Positions 48,598 through 60,164 of a stretch of 64,000 nucleotides of DNA are shown piece after piece; position 1 is the stretch's first letter; every line of letters begins with the position of its first letter. The DNA comes from Vairimorpha necatrix. Lineage: Eukaryota. Position numbers and translations under genes: made by a program. Under the pieces are notes generated by a model that had not been told where the DNA came from, made no database searches, and saw only the letters and a list, made by a program, of their open reading frames with translations. Location: assembly GCA_036630325.1 (NCBI GenBank), contig CP142735.1:744001-808000 (forward strand). The letters are read 5' to 3'.

Positions 48598-49110
48598 AGT
48601 TTTTTGCTTTCAAACAAAAAGAGATCTCTCTACATAGATATACGAGGCTTTTGGCTAAAATAGATTTGTGTATGTAAGAAACATATATTTTGTATTTTCT
48701 TGATTTAACTCGGAGTATCCTTGGACTTAGCATCAGAAGACTGTGTTATCGTTAATTTTTTTAGTACACTGATAGAATATTCAGGATATAGAATCGTGCA
48801 CTGCTTAAAAGGCTTGGGGTAGACATCGTCATACAAACAACAAATGACCATAACTATCATTTCTACCTCATACCACTAGCTCTCGTTTATGAGATTGCAA
48901 TGATCAGTCTTTCAACGGGCTGTCCCGTCCTATATTTTCTTGTGAAATAGAGTACATTGAACCTTCTATCGCTCTACGCTGTATAGTCTTTTAATTGGCT
49001 CTGAATTTTACCCCAGAGCGCTTTAGCCATTGGCTCAAACTATGCTGCTCCATCAAATACCTTATGTATCAATAACTGCCCTTAAAGTTACCATGTTTTC
49101 GGTTTATAAA
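48598..49110 (-). mobile_element. Old SINE-like copy (duplicate of 1918-2430)
   Basis: Part of the duplicated block. Confidence 0.7.
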
Positions 49111-49484
49111 CACTTTTGCCCTTGATCATCTTGTCTGAGGCTCACGAGCTCAAAACGCTCTTATAAATTAAAATCCTTGGCTGTCAAATCAATTAAGCCG
49201 AGTCATTGGCTTAAACAAATACGTCATCTTCGACATGTAACGATGGACCAGAAAGTGTATGTTTTTATCTAAAATGTCATAATATTATAAGTTACTTATA
49301 AGACCTGCTTTCACTCTAATTCCTGACAACTTTGACATCAATTAAAAACTAAGCATAAAAGGCCGAGTTTATAGCAATTTAACGAGTGATGAGAGAGAAC
49401 AAAAACAATCAAACATTTAGTAAAAGCTTTTATTTAGACACACCGAGCAGCCAGGGAGGTAGACAGTGCCACATCATCAATCAC

Positions 49485-50261
49485 TTTTTTTTCTTTGCAA
49501 GTAAGAGGAAGGGAGAAACCTTACATAGGGACCAGAGGGATTTAGGCGTGGTTCTTATCCAACTGGTTCTTTATGATCCTCAATCACCAAAACCCCCTCT
49601 ATACAACGTGCCGGGCAGCAAGCTCCGCTGTATCCATTTGTCTTTGGCTTTAAAAGAACGCTTTCCATTTATTCCTGAATCGCATCCAGAGTGACCTCAC
49701 AGCTGATATACTTAACGGACATGGTTATCTATAACACGGGGAGATACATCATCGTACTAACTCAAAGGCCCCCACTACCATTAGTATCGCACACACGCCC
49801 ACATCACCGGCCGGAAATTTTATCTGGCTGCGTTGACCAACAGTCTCCCACTAGTTTCGGCCACCGTGTTACAGAATCTTCTAAAATGGGGTCAACGAGA
49901 CCTTCTATTGCCCTACTTCGTCTAGTCTCTTAGTTAGCTCTAGGATCCCACTCTTAAGTGCACCAGTAATGGGCTCCAACTAGACCGTACCCATTAGATA
50001 CTTTAATATCTCATTATGTCACCACAAGGGTGATACTGTTTTTTGGCCTTGAAGTGCGTTTCTACACTAGATGCTAATCCCCTTGTGGCTGGACACAAAC
50101 AAGTTCCATTTAATCAACTTAATAATTATCGTGATCATTTTCATCATCTGAGTTGTTCCAACTGCATTATAGAAAGTAGAAACAATTTTGGTGCCACTGG
50201 GAATCGAACCCAGCCATTGCTCAATGGAAGCATTGCATTCTACCACTGGGCTAAATACACC
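49485..50261 (-). mobile_element. tRNA-headed SINE-like element (duplicate of 2801-3578)
   Basis: Head GGTGTATTTAGCCCAGTGGTAGAA..GGTTCGATTCCCAGTGGCACCA. TSD CATCAATCAC / TATCAATCAC (9/10 identical). Confidence 0.85.
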
Positions 50262-50510
50262 TATCAATCACATTGCGGCTGGACGCACACAAGTTTCATT
50301 TAACTAAAATATGATTATCTTTATCATTATGATCTTCTGAGTTGTTCCAACTGCACCATAAAAATAAAAAAAAATGCTCTCTCGTTGGATTCATACATGG
50401 ACACTCCTTTCTTCGAGTACTTTCTTTTGCATCGCTCCACAACACTCTATATTTCTTTTTATATCCCATTTCTAGGCCGTGTCATATATATTTTTTTATC
50501 TTTCTTGCCC

Positions 50511-50756
50511 ATGCTTGATATTTCTTATATTTGTTTAATTTGTTCCAAGGAGTATCCAAAGTTAGTTAAACTCAGTGCTCACACTTATACCCATTTTAAT
50601 ATCAAGAAATTTGAATGCAGTTTCTGTAAGAAATCATTTTCTAAGAAAGGCGGCCTTACACGACACCTTAACATACACACAAAGCTTTATACATTTACTT
50701 GTGAGATTTGTAACAGTAATTACAGCACAAAAAGCAATTTAGACAGACACAAGTAG
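50511..50756 (+). CDS. C2H2 zinc-finger paralogue with a premature stop in finger 3
   Basis: TGG>TAG at 50754-50756 relative to copy A. Confidence 0.7.
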   Translation: MLDISYICLICSKEYPKLVKLSAHTYTHFNIKKFECSFCKKSFSKKGGLTRHLNIHTKLYTFTCEICNSNYSTKSNLDRHK

Positions 50757-50892
50757 ATTGCACACCCGCATATGACATAAATAAATATAATTATACACTA
50801 AAGCAATTATGTTTTTAATTGACAAAGACATCGGCAAATAATATTGTTAGTCTTATGTATGTGCGGCTATTTTCCTATGTAAGAATTGTTAT

Positions 50893-53800
50893 TGTTACAG
50901 GATGATAATCTAGTTACAGAGATTATCCTGTAATTGCTTTACTGTAGATACTTCCCTAAAGTATCTACTGTAAAATATTTACTATAAATAATAAATAAAT
51001 ATTTTACCCATCTAAAAATATTATGAAAAGGAAGGAGAAACTTTATTTAACAAATGGCGACAACGAAGATGATATGGAACCAGTCGAGAAGCAAACGACT
51101 AGGAATACAGTAGAGATGCTAGAAAAACAATTAGCTGCAATGAAAATCAACATCAGGGGTACATACAATTTCAGAAAATTTGATGGTAAAAGGACGGAAG
51201 CAGAAGAGTTCTTACTACAATTTAAACCATTTAGAGAATCTTGGACTGAAGAAGAATATTTTGGTTTTGTAGAAACTAATCTCACTGGAAAAGCTCGACT
51301 CTGGTTTGAAGGCTCAAGATATAATGTGTTTGAAAGTGTAGTTGAATTTGAACAACAGTTCTTAGAATACTTCAGCCCCGAAGAAGTTTCTGGCAACAGT
51401 AAATTGTTGAATATACTACTACATAAGAAGTTGAGAGAATGTAACAACGAGATATTATGGTTAGAAATTTACTCAATACACAAAAACATTACTATACCAC
51501 TAAAAGATGTTATTAATACGGTAGTTATGAATATACCAGTTGGGAATGCAAATCGATATAGGGATTGTAAGAGTTGGATGGCAGTTTTGAAATTGGCAGT
51601 TAAGATAGATTCTGAGAATGAGAGTAAAGAACAATCTAAGATGCAAATTAGCAAGAATAAATCGGAAGATGCGAGAAGTAGTTTTCAAAAGAAATTGATT
51701 AGCTGTTACAATTGCAAAGGTCAACATTATAGAAGTAATTGTCCAGAACTATTAAAGAATAAATCGAATAATAAAATACAAACCAATACGGGTGACAGAA
51801 ATGATTATAAGAAGTGTTCAGATAAGAAACTGATGACATTAACATGTAGTAGTAAAGCAGCCAATGTCCCTAGATTTTTGGTGAAAATTGGCGGAGGAAA
51901 AGTACCAGCACTACTAGACTATGGAGCTGACATTAATTATATTAGTTACGACCTGGTGAAGATGTTAAATATCCCAATAGATATGGAAAATAGAATTTCG
52001 GTCAATTTAGCAACTATAAAAGATAGCTCGGTTGGCATGTTAAAAGCGGTATTGCGTGATAAAAATAATCAGCACGCATACGAAACAGAATTTGCGGTAA
52101 TGGAAGATCTTAATGAAAATATACTCATCGGTAGCATAACAAGTAGACATTTAGGCATTAAAGTTCATTGGGAAGAAAATGAAATTGAAATCTTTAATGA
52201 TGGAACAAGGCTCAAATTGGAAACAGAAGAGTACAGTTTAAAATCAGTAATAAGCGAGGAAATACCCATGGAAATAGAGGCATTAGAATGCAAGTTTGGT
52301 GAACATGAAGAAGTCAATAAAAATATTAAGTGCTTACTGTATAAATATATGAAAGAATCCGATAATAAGAAAGCCCTACCTTTTAGACATGATATTAAAC
52401 TTAAAGATCACAGTAAAGCTATATGTTGTAAACCATATAGAAGAAATCCGCAACAGAATCTCATAATTAAGAATAAAATTGAAGAGATGTTACAGAATGG
52501 ATTGATACGAGAGAGCACGAGTAATTATGTTTCCCCTGTAGTGCTTGCACCTAAAAAAGACGGAGGTATGAGAATGTGTATTGACTATAGAAAGTTGAAT
52601 GAAAACACAATCAGTACGCCATACCCGATCCCTCACATGGATGAAGCAATAGATGCTATCCAAGGGACAGATATGTACTCTACTTTAGATTTGGAGATGG
52701 GTTACCATCAGATCGAAATGAACCCAAGAGATATTCATAAAACTGCATTTATTGTAAAGCAAGGTGTATATGAATGGACTAAGATGCCATTTGGCTTAGT
52801 CAATGCCCCTTTTACGTTTCAGAAGATTATGAATTGGATATTTAAAGATATACTTTGGAGGAAAGTAGTTGTATACCTTGATGATATTTTAATATTCTCA
52901 AGAGGGAAAGACAAACATGTCGACGATGTGAGAGAAGTCCTGGAAATTTTGTCAAAATTTGGACTCAGACTTAACATGAAGAAATGTGCATTCGCAGTGA
53001 GTAAAATTGATTTTTTAGGACACACTGTAGAGAATGGAGAACTTAAAATTAAATCGGACCAATTGGATAAGGTTAACACCCTAGAAAATCCAAAGAACGT
53101 CAGCGACTTAAGAAAACTTTTAGGATTTATAGTATATTTTAAACGATTTATACCATCATATACCATGAAGGCTATGCCGTTATTAAAAAGGTTAAAGAAA
53201 GGTAATTTTATATTTGGAGACGAAGAAGAAAAGGCTTTAGAGCTCCTGAAACAAGAAATATTAAATGCCAAACCTTTACTTTTACCAGATATGAATAAGA
53301 CATTTTATTTATATACGGATGCCTCAGACATTGGAATTGCGGGAGTACTTACACAATTTACAGATACGGGAAAAGAAATGCCTATAACCTGGATAAGTAG
53401 AACGCTAAATAGCGCCGAAATTAATTACACTACAACTGAGAAAGAGTGTTTAGCTATTGTATGGTCTATTGAAAAACTTAAAGTATATTTGTCTAACAAT
53501 TTTATCATCAGGACAGATCATAGTTCCTTAATATGGTTAATGAAACAGAAAACACCTATAGGAAGATTGGCAAGATGGATAATGAAACTGCAAAACTATA
53601 AATATGAAATCGAACATATAAAAGGTTCAGATAACGTTTTGGCTGATGTACTTTCACGTGGTGTATTAGAAAATAGCCAATTAAGAAAGTGTCAAACAGT
53701 GGTTAAAAATGAAGAAAGAATAAATGTTGAAGAAGACAATGAAACAATAACAAAACTGGTACAGAGAGCACACTTAGAGCTTGGCCATGGAGGTATAGAT

Positions 53801-54960
53801 TCTACTATAATGTACATCAGAAATATTGCGAGTGTACCAAATATAAGAAACAGAGTAGTTGAATATATTCGTAACTGTGAGACTTGTAGAAGATTTAGAG
53901 ACAAGACGTTGCAAAATAATATTAGACGTGTGGAAATAAAAAGTCCGTTCTATATGATTGGGTTGGATATAGTTGGTCCTTTACCCACAACAGACGGTGG
54001 AAATAAATTTATTCTGGTAGGAACAGACTACCTAACTAAATGGGCAGAAGTGAGAGCTTTAAAAAGAAAAGATGCGGAATCTGTAGCGAAATTTATTTAT
54101 GAAGAATTTTTATTAAGACATGGACCTCCGGAAGTAATATTGACTGATCAAGGACTTGAGTTTAACAATAAAATCATAAAGAAACTGTGTTTAATGATAA
54201 ATACTAGAAAGTCGTTTACAAGCGCCTACCATCCAAGATGTAATGGACAAACGGAGAGACTAAACCGTACACTTATTGCAAGGTTGGCTAAGATATGCAA
54301 TGGAAGATGGTCAGAGTGGGATATGTTCCTACCAGTTGCGCTATACGCATATAGGATAACACCACTAATAAAATTCAAGAGTAGTCCTTTTAGATTGTTA
54401 TATGGGAGAGAGCCTAAGGATATAACTACGGAGAAAGAAGATGGTGGAGCAGTATTTATAGAAGAAAACGATACACTTAAGAAGATCGATTTGTTACGGA
54501 AAAAGTTACACGAAAAGGTTATAGAAGATAGAAATAGAGACATACAACGCGCGAATGATAGAGTTAAAGGCAAAAATATTCAAGTAGGAGATGCGGTTAT
54601 GAAGAAAAAGGAACCATTTGAAAAACTGAATAAGCTTGATGATAAATGGACAGGACCTTATCTGGTAAGAAGAAAATTTGACTCTGGTGGTTTTGAGATC
54701 GAGGACATGTATGGAAAACTATTTCGGTATAATGAAAAAGACTTACAACTAATTGAGAATTCAGATCCCACGGATTGGGAGAGTTTAAAGAAAGGGAGTA
54801 TGTTACAGGATGATAATCTAGTTACAGAGATTATCCTGTAATTGCTTTACTGTAGATACTTCCCTAAAGTATCTACTGTAAAATATTTACTATAAATAAT
54901 AAATAAATATTTTACCCATCTAAAAATATTATGAAAAGGAAGGAGAAACTTTATTTAACA
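50893..54960 (+). mobile_element. Ty3/gypsy LTR retrotransposon, 160-bp LTRs
   Basis: Identical-looking LTRs at 50893-51052 and 54801-54960, TSD GTTAT, PBS-like TGGCGAC, PPT AAAGAAAGGGAG. Empty site at 4206-4210 in copy A. Confidence 0.97.
51023..54841 (+). CDS. Gag-Pol polyprotein (gag, zinc knuckle, protease, RT, RNase H, integrase)
   Basis: CYNCKGQHYRSNC, LLDYGA, YLDD, TDAS, HHCC, DDE, WTGPY. Confidence 0.95.
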   Translation: MKRKEKLYLTNGDNEDDMEPVEKQTTRNTVEMLEKQLAAMKINIRGTYNFRKFDGKRTEAEEFLLQFKPFRESWTEEEYFGFVETNLTGKARLWFEGSRYNVFESVVEFEQQFLEYFSPEEVSGNSKLLNILLHKKLRECNNEILWLEIYSIHKNITIPLKDVINTVVMNIPVGNANRYRDCKSWMAVLKLAVKIDSENESKEQSKMQISKNKSEDARSSFQKKLISCYNCKGQHYRSNCPELLKNKSNNKIQTNTGDRNDYKKCSDKKLMTLTCSSKAANVPRFLVKIGGGKVPALLDYGADINYISYDLVKMLNIPIDMENRISVNLATIKDSSVGMLKAVLRDKNNQHAYETEFAVMEDLNENILIGSITSRHLGIKVHWEENEIEIFNDGTRLKLETEEYSLKSVISEEIPMEIEALECKFGEHEEVNKNIKCLLYKYMKESDNKKALPFRHDIKLKDHSKAICCKPYRRNPQQNLIIKNKIEEMLQNGLIRESTSNYVSPVVLAPKKDGGMRMCIDYRKLNENTISTPYPIPHMDEAIDAIQGTDMYSTLDLEMGYHQIEMNPRDIHKTAFIVKQGVYEWTKMPFGLVNAPFTFQKIMNWIFKDILWRKVVVYLDDILIFSRGKDKHVDDVREVLEILSKFGLRLNMKKCAFAVSKIDFLGHTVENGELKIKSDQLDKVNTLENPKNVSDLRKLLGFIVYFKRFIPSYTMKAMPLLKRLKKGNFIFGDEEEKALELLKQEILNAKPLLLPDMNKTFYLYTDASDIGIAGVLTQFTDTGKEMPITWISRTLNSAEINYTTTEKECLAIVWSIEKLKVYLSNNFIIRTDHSSLIWLMKQKTPIGRLARWIMKLQNYKYEIEHIKGSDNVLADVLSRGVLENSQLRKCQTVVKNEERINVEEDNETITKLVQRAHLELGHGGIDSTIMYIRNIASVPNIRNRVVEYIRNCETCRRFRDKTLQNNIRRVEIKSPFYMIGLDIVGPLPTTDGGNKFILVGTDYLTKWAEVRALKRKDAESVAKFIYEEFLLRHGPPEVILTDQGLEFNNKIIKKLCLMINTRKSFTSAYHPRCNGQTERLNRTLIARLAKICNGRWSEWDMFLPVALYAYRITPLIKFKSSPFRLLYGREPKDITTEKEDGGAVFIEENDTLKKIDLLRKKLHEKVIEDRNRDIQRANDRVKGKNIQVGDAVMKKKEPFEKLNKLDDKWTGPYLVRRKFDSGGFEIEDMYGKLFRYNEKDLQLIENSDPTDWESLKKGSMLQDDNLVTEIIL

Positions 54961-56232
54961 GTTATTATAGTTCAAATATTTACAAAACAAAATATATATT
55001 GATTATGGGACCGAAAAAGTCTAAATTAGAAGGGGGTATGTCAACCTTCCATATTTGTTTTTTTTGGATGCTTAACTTTGTAAAGTTATCATATTTGGCT
55101 TGTTATTTGGTGTATCTCAAATTAAACCACTAGTTTGATTATTTGCATTCCTCAAAATTAAGTAGAAATCAATGACAACTAGTACATATAAAAAAGGTTG
55201 TTCTAAGGTAGTAAAACATGATCTGTGGCCGTAATATAAAACATTTAAATATCGTATTAAAAAAAACAAGCAATTTCTAATTCATTTTTTTTGAAATTGG
55301 GGCTTGCTAAAGAAGCATTAATATTTACAAAGTACCAAGTAAAAAATTGAATTATAAAACATGTGATGAACTTGTTTTGAATTTTATGAAAATACATCCA
55401 ATATTAAAGAATTGAACTGAGATCGAACAAAAAGCAATTCGTTTTTTTTCTTCTTAAATCAACTAAGTATACTTAAAATACAAATTTTAAAATGTAAAAT
55501 GTCAATTTAACTTTTCTTGTTCAAGCTGGGGCTCCTTTTTTAACTTTTACTTGCATTTATAAGGAAAATATTATTTATTTTATTGTATTTAAATTCTGTA
55601 TATTGTTGTAATTCCATATATATTTTTGTATTTAGTTTCATTTTGAAATTTTTTCAAGAATTTCCCATTAACATGCGGAACATATCATTTAATTGACGAT
55701 TTAATACTACAACAAGTAAAGAAATAAATAATATTCAAATACTTATTATTTTTAATATTAAAAATTGATAGTAATCTCCCGATACTCTCGTAGATTTGTA
55801 TTGTTTTTTAGATAGAATTTTATGTTTAAAATGCACTATTAAAGAGTTCCGTTTCATGTATTAACATTTGTGAGATTCTTTATAAACTTAGATAAATTTA
55901 TTTAATTTTCTTCCTTGCTTTGTAATATTTCTTGTATTTGCTCGTATTGTTCTAATTTGTAAATTAAAGATTGTGATCTGACTGCTTGCATTGTGTCCCA
56001 CTTGAGTTTACAAAATGACGATGTTGCCTTTCTAGGAAATCATTTTTAAAAAGTAGAGCCTTATTTAACGTAGAAATATCCAAACCAGACGGTAAACACT
56101 TACCTGAAAAATATAACCTTAACAATCTTAAAAAACACGTGGATTACTCTGCCTCACTGACATAAACTAGAATTATAGACAGTACATTATCATATGTTCT
56201 TCTTAAATACCTCCTAGAGCAATAAGACTAAA

Positions 56233-56310
56233 ATATCTTCCATACCCAAGGTATAAATATTCTCTTATCTTCCATACCCTTGGTATACATATTTCTTATC
56301 TTCCATCCCC
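56233..56310. repeat. Short tandem repeat, about 2.5 units of ~32 bp
   Basis: tatcttccat occurs three times at regular spacing. Confidence 0.6.
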
Positions 56311-56880
56311 ATAGTGTCATTGTATAATTTTTATTGCTTGTTTACAGGACAATGTACCTATTAATGTCAAATTAATATGTTGAATATTCAGGATATCGTA
56401 TTTAGTGATCTCTATCTAAATCGGGGGTCCTTTTTTAAGCCTGTTCCCCATTTTCCATTTACTTCTCAATCTTGTAAATAAACATATCGACTATTAATGT
56501 ATATTCTTAGTAATTATAGATAAACTTCATTGACCCTATAAACTCTACCTTTATATTTGTATCAATAATTATTACTGTGTTTTTATATTCACGCAATGTG
56601 TCGTATCTCTTCCCATAATATTCACCAATAAAGATTATTAGACTTTCTTGGTTATATTAATGCTCTACTTATATTCAATATAATTTTAAAATGGGCTAGA
56701 TACTCTCACTGGTAAAATATTCAGACAAGAGTAAAACATATTTGATATGTAAGCCCAGAATTAAATCATTTTATAAAATAATCAACTTTGTTCTAGTCTC
56801 TTTTTTTGTATATTGATTTTTATACCTAGTAAAGGTCTTATTATCATCAAGAAATGCTCTACCTTCAAATATAACTTGCT

Positions 56881-59262
56881 TTATATTTTATAGTACTCAT
56901 CTATCTTTTTGATCTCCCCTTTATCTTTATATTTCTCACATATCTTCTTGTAATATTCCTCTTCTCTCCCCCATAGAGGGTATATTCTGATCATCAGTCT
57001 CTTATATTTCTCATTATCTTTATACTTCTTTAATATATCTAAATCTTTATAATTCTTCTTTATAAAGTCCAGTATCCTTAGTACTAATGTAATATTATCC
57101 TCGTTATTCAGGATCAAGAGTGTCTTGATTAGATCACTCCTGTTATATTGTAATTTACTATGTATAAGAAGATCCAGTAAAAGACTCTTACCATAGAAGT
57201 CTAATTCTTCATAAATGAGGATATCCACTTTATAATCTGGATTATATGACAAAATATCCCCAATGATCTTGATCTCTTTACTTCTTCCTTCATTCTTGAG
57301 TCTAGTGCAGAGGAGATTGAGATCATATTCCTCTAGTCTCAGACCCCGAGTACTCAGCCTGAGGAGTCTCCTGAGATCATATTTTATTAAGTCACTGATA
57401 TATTTCTGGGCATTCTCGTCTGTCAAATATTTAATAAATTTGTAATTTGTAGATTTATATTTTGTATTAAAATATTCGGGGAAGACAACAAACTTCTTGA
57501 CAATATTTTTATAATTTCTAGTTCTCATGAAATTGGTCATATTAAATATTCTAGTATAAGGAGTAGATTTGTCTTCTACTACTTGATTATTTCTCCTTAC
57601 TAATTTGTATCTCTTTAATTGGTATGTTCTTACTATATCTTCTGTAATATCATGTGTAATGTCTTTTGTATTAGTTTTTGAAATATCTTTTGTGTTGTCT
57701 TTTGTAGTGTCTTTTATATTATATTTATTGCATATCTCTTTATATCTTTCATCTTCTTTATAATTGGGTGTATTAGTAATATATTCAAGATATAATTCAT
57801 CTTTACACGTACAACTCAGTGCATTCAAATCATTTTTAATATTGTTAATCACGTGCTTACTAAATTTGTCTTTAGTGTCACAAATACACTCAAATTTCTC
57901 TTCTTTAAAATATTCTGGTGACTTCTTTCTTGTTATCAAATACATAAGTGAAATATCCCTGTCCTTATGACTCAGTAATTTATTATACAGTATATTTCTA
58001 TATCCATGAGTCTTCATACCACTAGTATGATACTCTTTGATCAAGTCTATTATCTCTGAGTCTACTTCTTTATTATTCCATGTGTATTTATAAGACTTCT
58101 TATAATATACAAATATATTAAAAAGATCTTCTCTGAGATTTAGTAGATATTCTATCTTTAAGATATCTTTAGAATTTAAATATCTTAAGAAGTCATAATC
58201 TCTACAGATCTTTATAAATTTCTGATCTCTAATATTGAGATCTTCTAATTTCTCAGATCTATATTTGTCTATAATTTCATTATAAATGTCATAATTTATA
58301 GTGTCATCTTTTATAGTATTTGGTAATTTGTGGTATTTCTTTATTATCTGTGTGTAAATATTGTCTCCTACAATAAACTCAGGATTTTCATACATTAAAA
58401 TCATGAGAGATGTAGAAATATCAGGTCTTATATTTTTATCATAGACCTGTGCTTTATCTTTAGTACTTTTATATATTAAATATTGAGTATATGGATTATT
58501 TGTTATATTCGGGCTTATATTTGTCATTTCTTCTACTTTTATATTATACCCTTCATTTGTACTTATATTCTCTTTATAATTCTCTAAATAAAACTGAATT
58601 CTGTAATCCACGTCATCTTTGTATAGTAAGTCATTAAAAATGTAAACCATTTTTATATCAAACAAATCTAAAGAGAATTTCTTTTTATAAAAATAAAAAG
58701 GCAAAGTAACATAAAAAGGGTATTTTATATTACCCTTGAGACGTGTGTTATATTCTGCATTATTCATGCAGTCATCTTTAGAAACATTAATTTTTTCATA
58801 TAATTCATGTGTGTTATGTTCTGCGTTATTCATGCAGTCCTCTTTAGAAACATAATTTGATTTGTGGCGTAGTTTGTTTGTTTCGTCCCCATTCCTCATT
58901 AAATATTCCCCTATTAATATTGACAATAATGGTTCCTCATTCCCCATCTCTATTATCTCTTTATACTCCATATTCTCCAATACCATATACTTAATCACAT
59001 CATAAGTATACCATCTCGGATTTCTTAAGAACTTTTCTTTCATTATGTTTATGCAGATTTTTTTTCTATTTATGCTTTTTTCGTCCAGTTTGTTTGTTTT
59101 ATATTTTAGAATGAAATACATGCCAAAATCATAATATTCGTCTGTGTAAGTGGATTTAAGAAGATCTAAGTAGTGATCGTCATCATCTAGATCAAGATAA
59201 TGTTGGTATGAAGAAATGTTTGGAAGTGGTTTGTAAATGAATAAGTCGTTTATTAAAAGCAT
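56881..59262 (-). CDS. Hypothetical protein, 793 aa
   Basis: Long ORF, CCC upstream of the ATG, short internal duplication VSK(E/D)DCMNNAE. No family recognised. Confidence 0.8.
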   Translation of the reverse strand: MLLINDLFIYKPLPNISSYQHYLDLDDDDHYLDLLKSTYTDEYYDFGMYFILKYKTNKLDEKSINRKKICINIMKEKFLRNPRWYTYDVIKYMVLENMEYKEIIEMGNEEPLLSILIGEYLMRNGDETNKLRHKSNYVSKEDCMNNAEHNTHELYEKINVSKDDCMNNAEYNTRLKGNIKYPFYVTLPFYFYKKKFSLDLFDIKMVYIFNDLLYKDDVDYRIQFYLENYKENISTNEGYNIKVEEMTNISPNITNNPYTQYLIYKSTKDKAQVYDKNIRPDISTSLMILMYENPEFIVGDNIYTQIIKKYHKLPNTIKDDTINYDIYNEIIDKYRSEKLEDLNIRDQKFIKICRDYDFLRYLNSKDILKIEYLLNLREDLFNIFVYYKKSYKYTWNNKEVDSEIIDLIKEYHTSGMKTHGYRNILYNKLLSHKDRDISLMYLITRKKSPEYFKEEKFECICDTKDKFSKHVINNIKNDLNALSCTCKDELYLEYITNTPNYKEDERYKEICNKYNIKDTTKDNTKDISKTNTKDITHDITEDIVRTYQLKRYKLVRRNNQVVEDKSTPYTRIFNMTNFMRTRNYKNIVKKFVVFPEYFNTKYKSTNYKFIKYLTDENAQKYISDLIKYDLRRLLRLSTRGLRLEEYDLNLLCTRLKNEGRSKEIKIIGDILSYNPDYKVDILIYEELDFYGKSLLLDLLIHSKLQYNRSDLIKTLLILNNEDNITLVLRILDFIKKNYKDLDILKKYKDNEKYKRLMIRIYPLWGREEEYYKKICEKYKDKGEIKKIDEYYKI

Positions 59263-59368
59263 AAAGAAGGGTGAGAAAAAAGGAATCTTTATTTTTGGGC
59301 ATTTTCGTTTGCATATTGTTCCAAATATTTATGATATAAAATTCATTTTTCTTTTTTAAGTATGCGCT

Positions 59369-59527
59369 CTTTGGACTACCGAAGTAGAGAAGACGAAGCC
59401 GATGTGGAAAAGACTATGGAAACGAGAAGCCACCTACAAGCAGGAGACGCTAATGCGGAACCTATCCTTATTAAACTATAAATTACAATAAGCATACCAT
59501 AATTAAATTTGTTCATTTATTTTTTTT
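59369..59527 (+). mobile_element. 3'-end fragment of the RLE LINE subfamily seen at 41253-42609
   Basis: Reverse complement of ~41255-41400. Possible TSD tatgcgct / tatgtgct. Confidence 0.85.
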
Positions 59528-60164
59528 ATGTGCTTACAGTGCGGAGAAGCATATAATTTTTTGACATCTCTTGGATTTAAAAAGTTGTCTTCTCATTTAA
59601 TATTCTAGACACACGGCGACTGGGATTTATTTATTTAAGCAGACTTGAGCAGTAGACATAAAAAATAAGATATTTCTATTTTACCCCGTTTTATAACGTA
59701 AGATATAAATTTATCATTGGACCACAAGCCTTACTTGTGCCTTTTTCAATAATGTTTTCTTTATTGTCTAATTATTCGAAATTTATTATTATTTGTTATG
59801 AAGATACATCTCGTATATTTTGACTAAATCTATGGTCACTGTCTCCTGTTGCCGTGTACATTTAAGTTTATGGTACTTAGTCTCAAATTTCTTTGTTATT
59901 TTCTACATATCTACAGATTTACCGCCAAGCTAATTTCCTCAATTAAAATGTTAATACTTAAAAATCTGTATGATAATTTAATATAATATCCATCTTGCTA
60001 AAATTTATAATGTAATAATTGGTTTTTTAAGTCTAAATAGAGTTTATAATGTGTTTGTATAAACACACTTCATTTTTATTTTACAAAAGTCGCTGTGGTT
60101 TTTGCAGTATGTTTCATCTTATAAACTTCTTTCCACATGTCGAAATAGATAGCTTAATTACTTA

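Larger units (their letters stand above)
46678..55957 (+). repeat. Segmental duplication, copy B, containing an LTR element insertion
   Basis: Colinear with 1-5233. Confidence 0.95.

Noticed and set aside
51055-51068. PBS primed by the window's tRNA-Ser(GCT)
   Set aside because: Only TGGCGAC (7 nt) is complementary; another isoacceptor is more likely.
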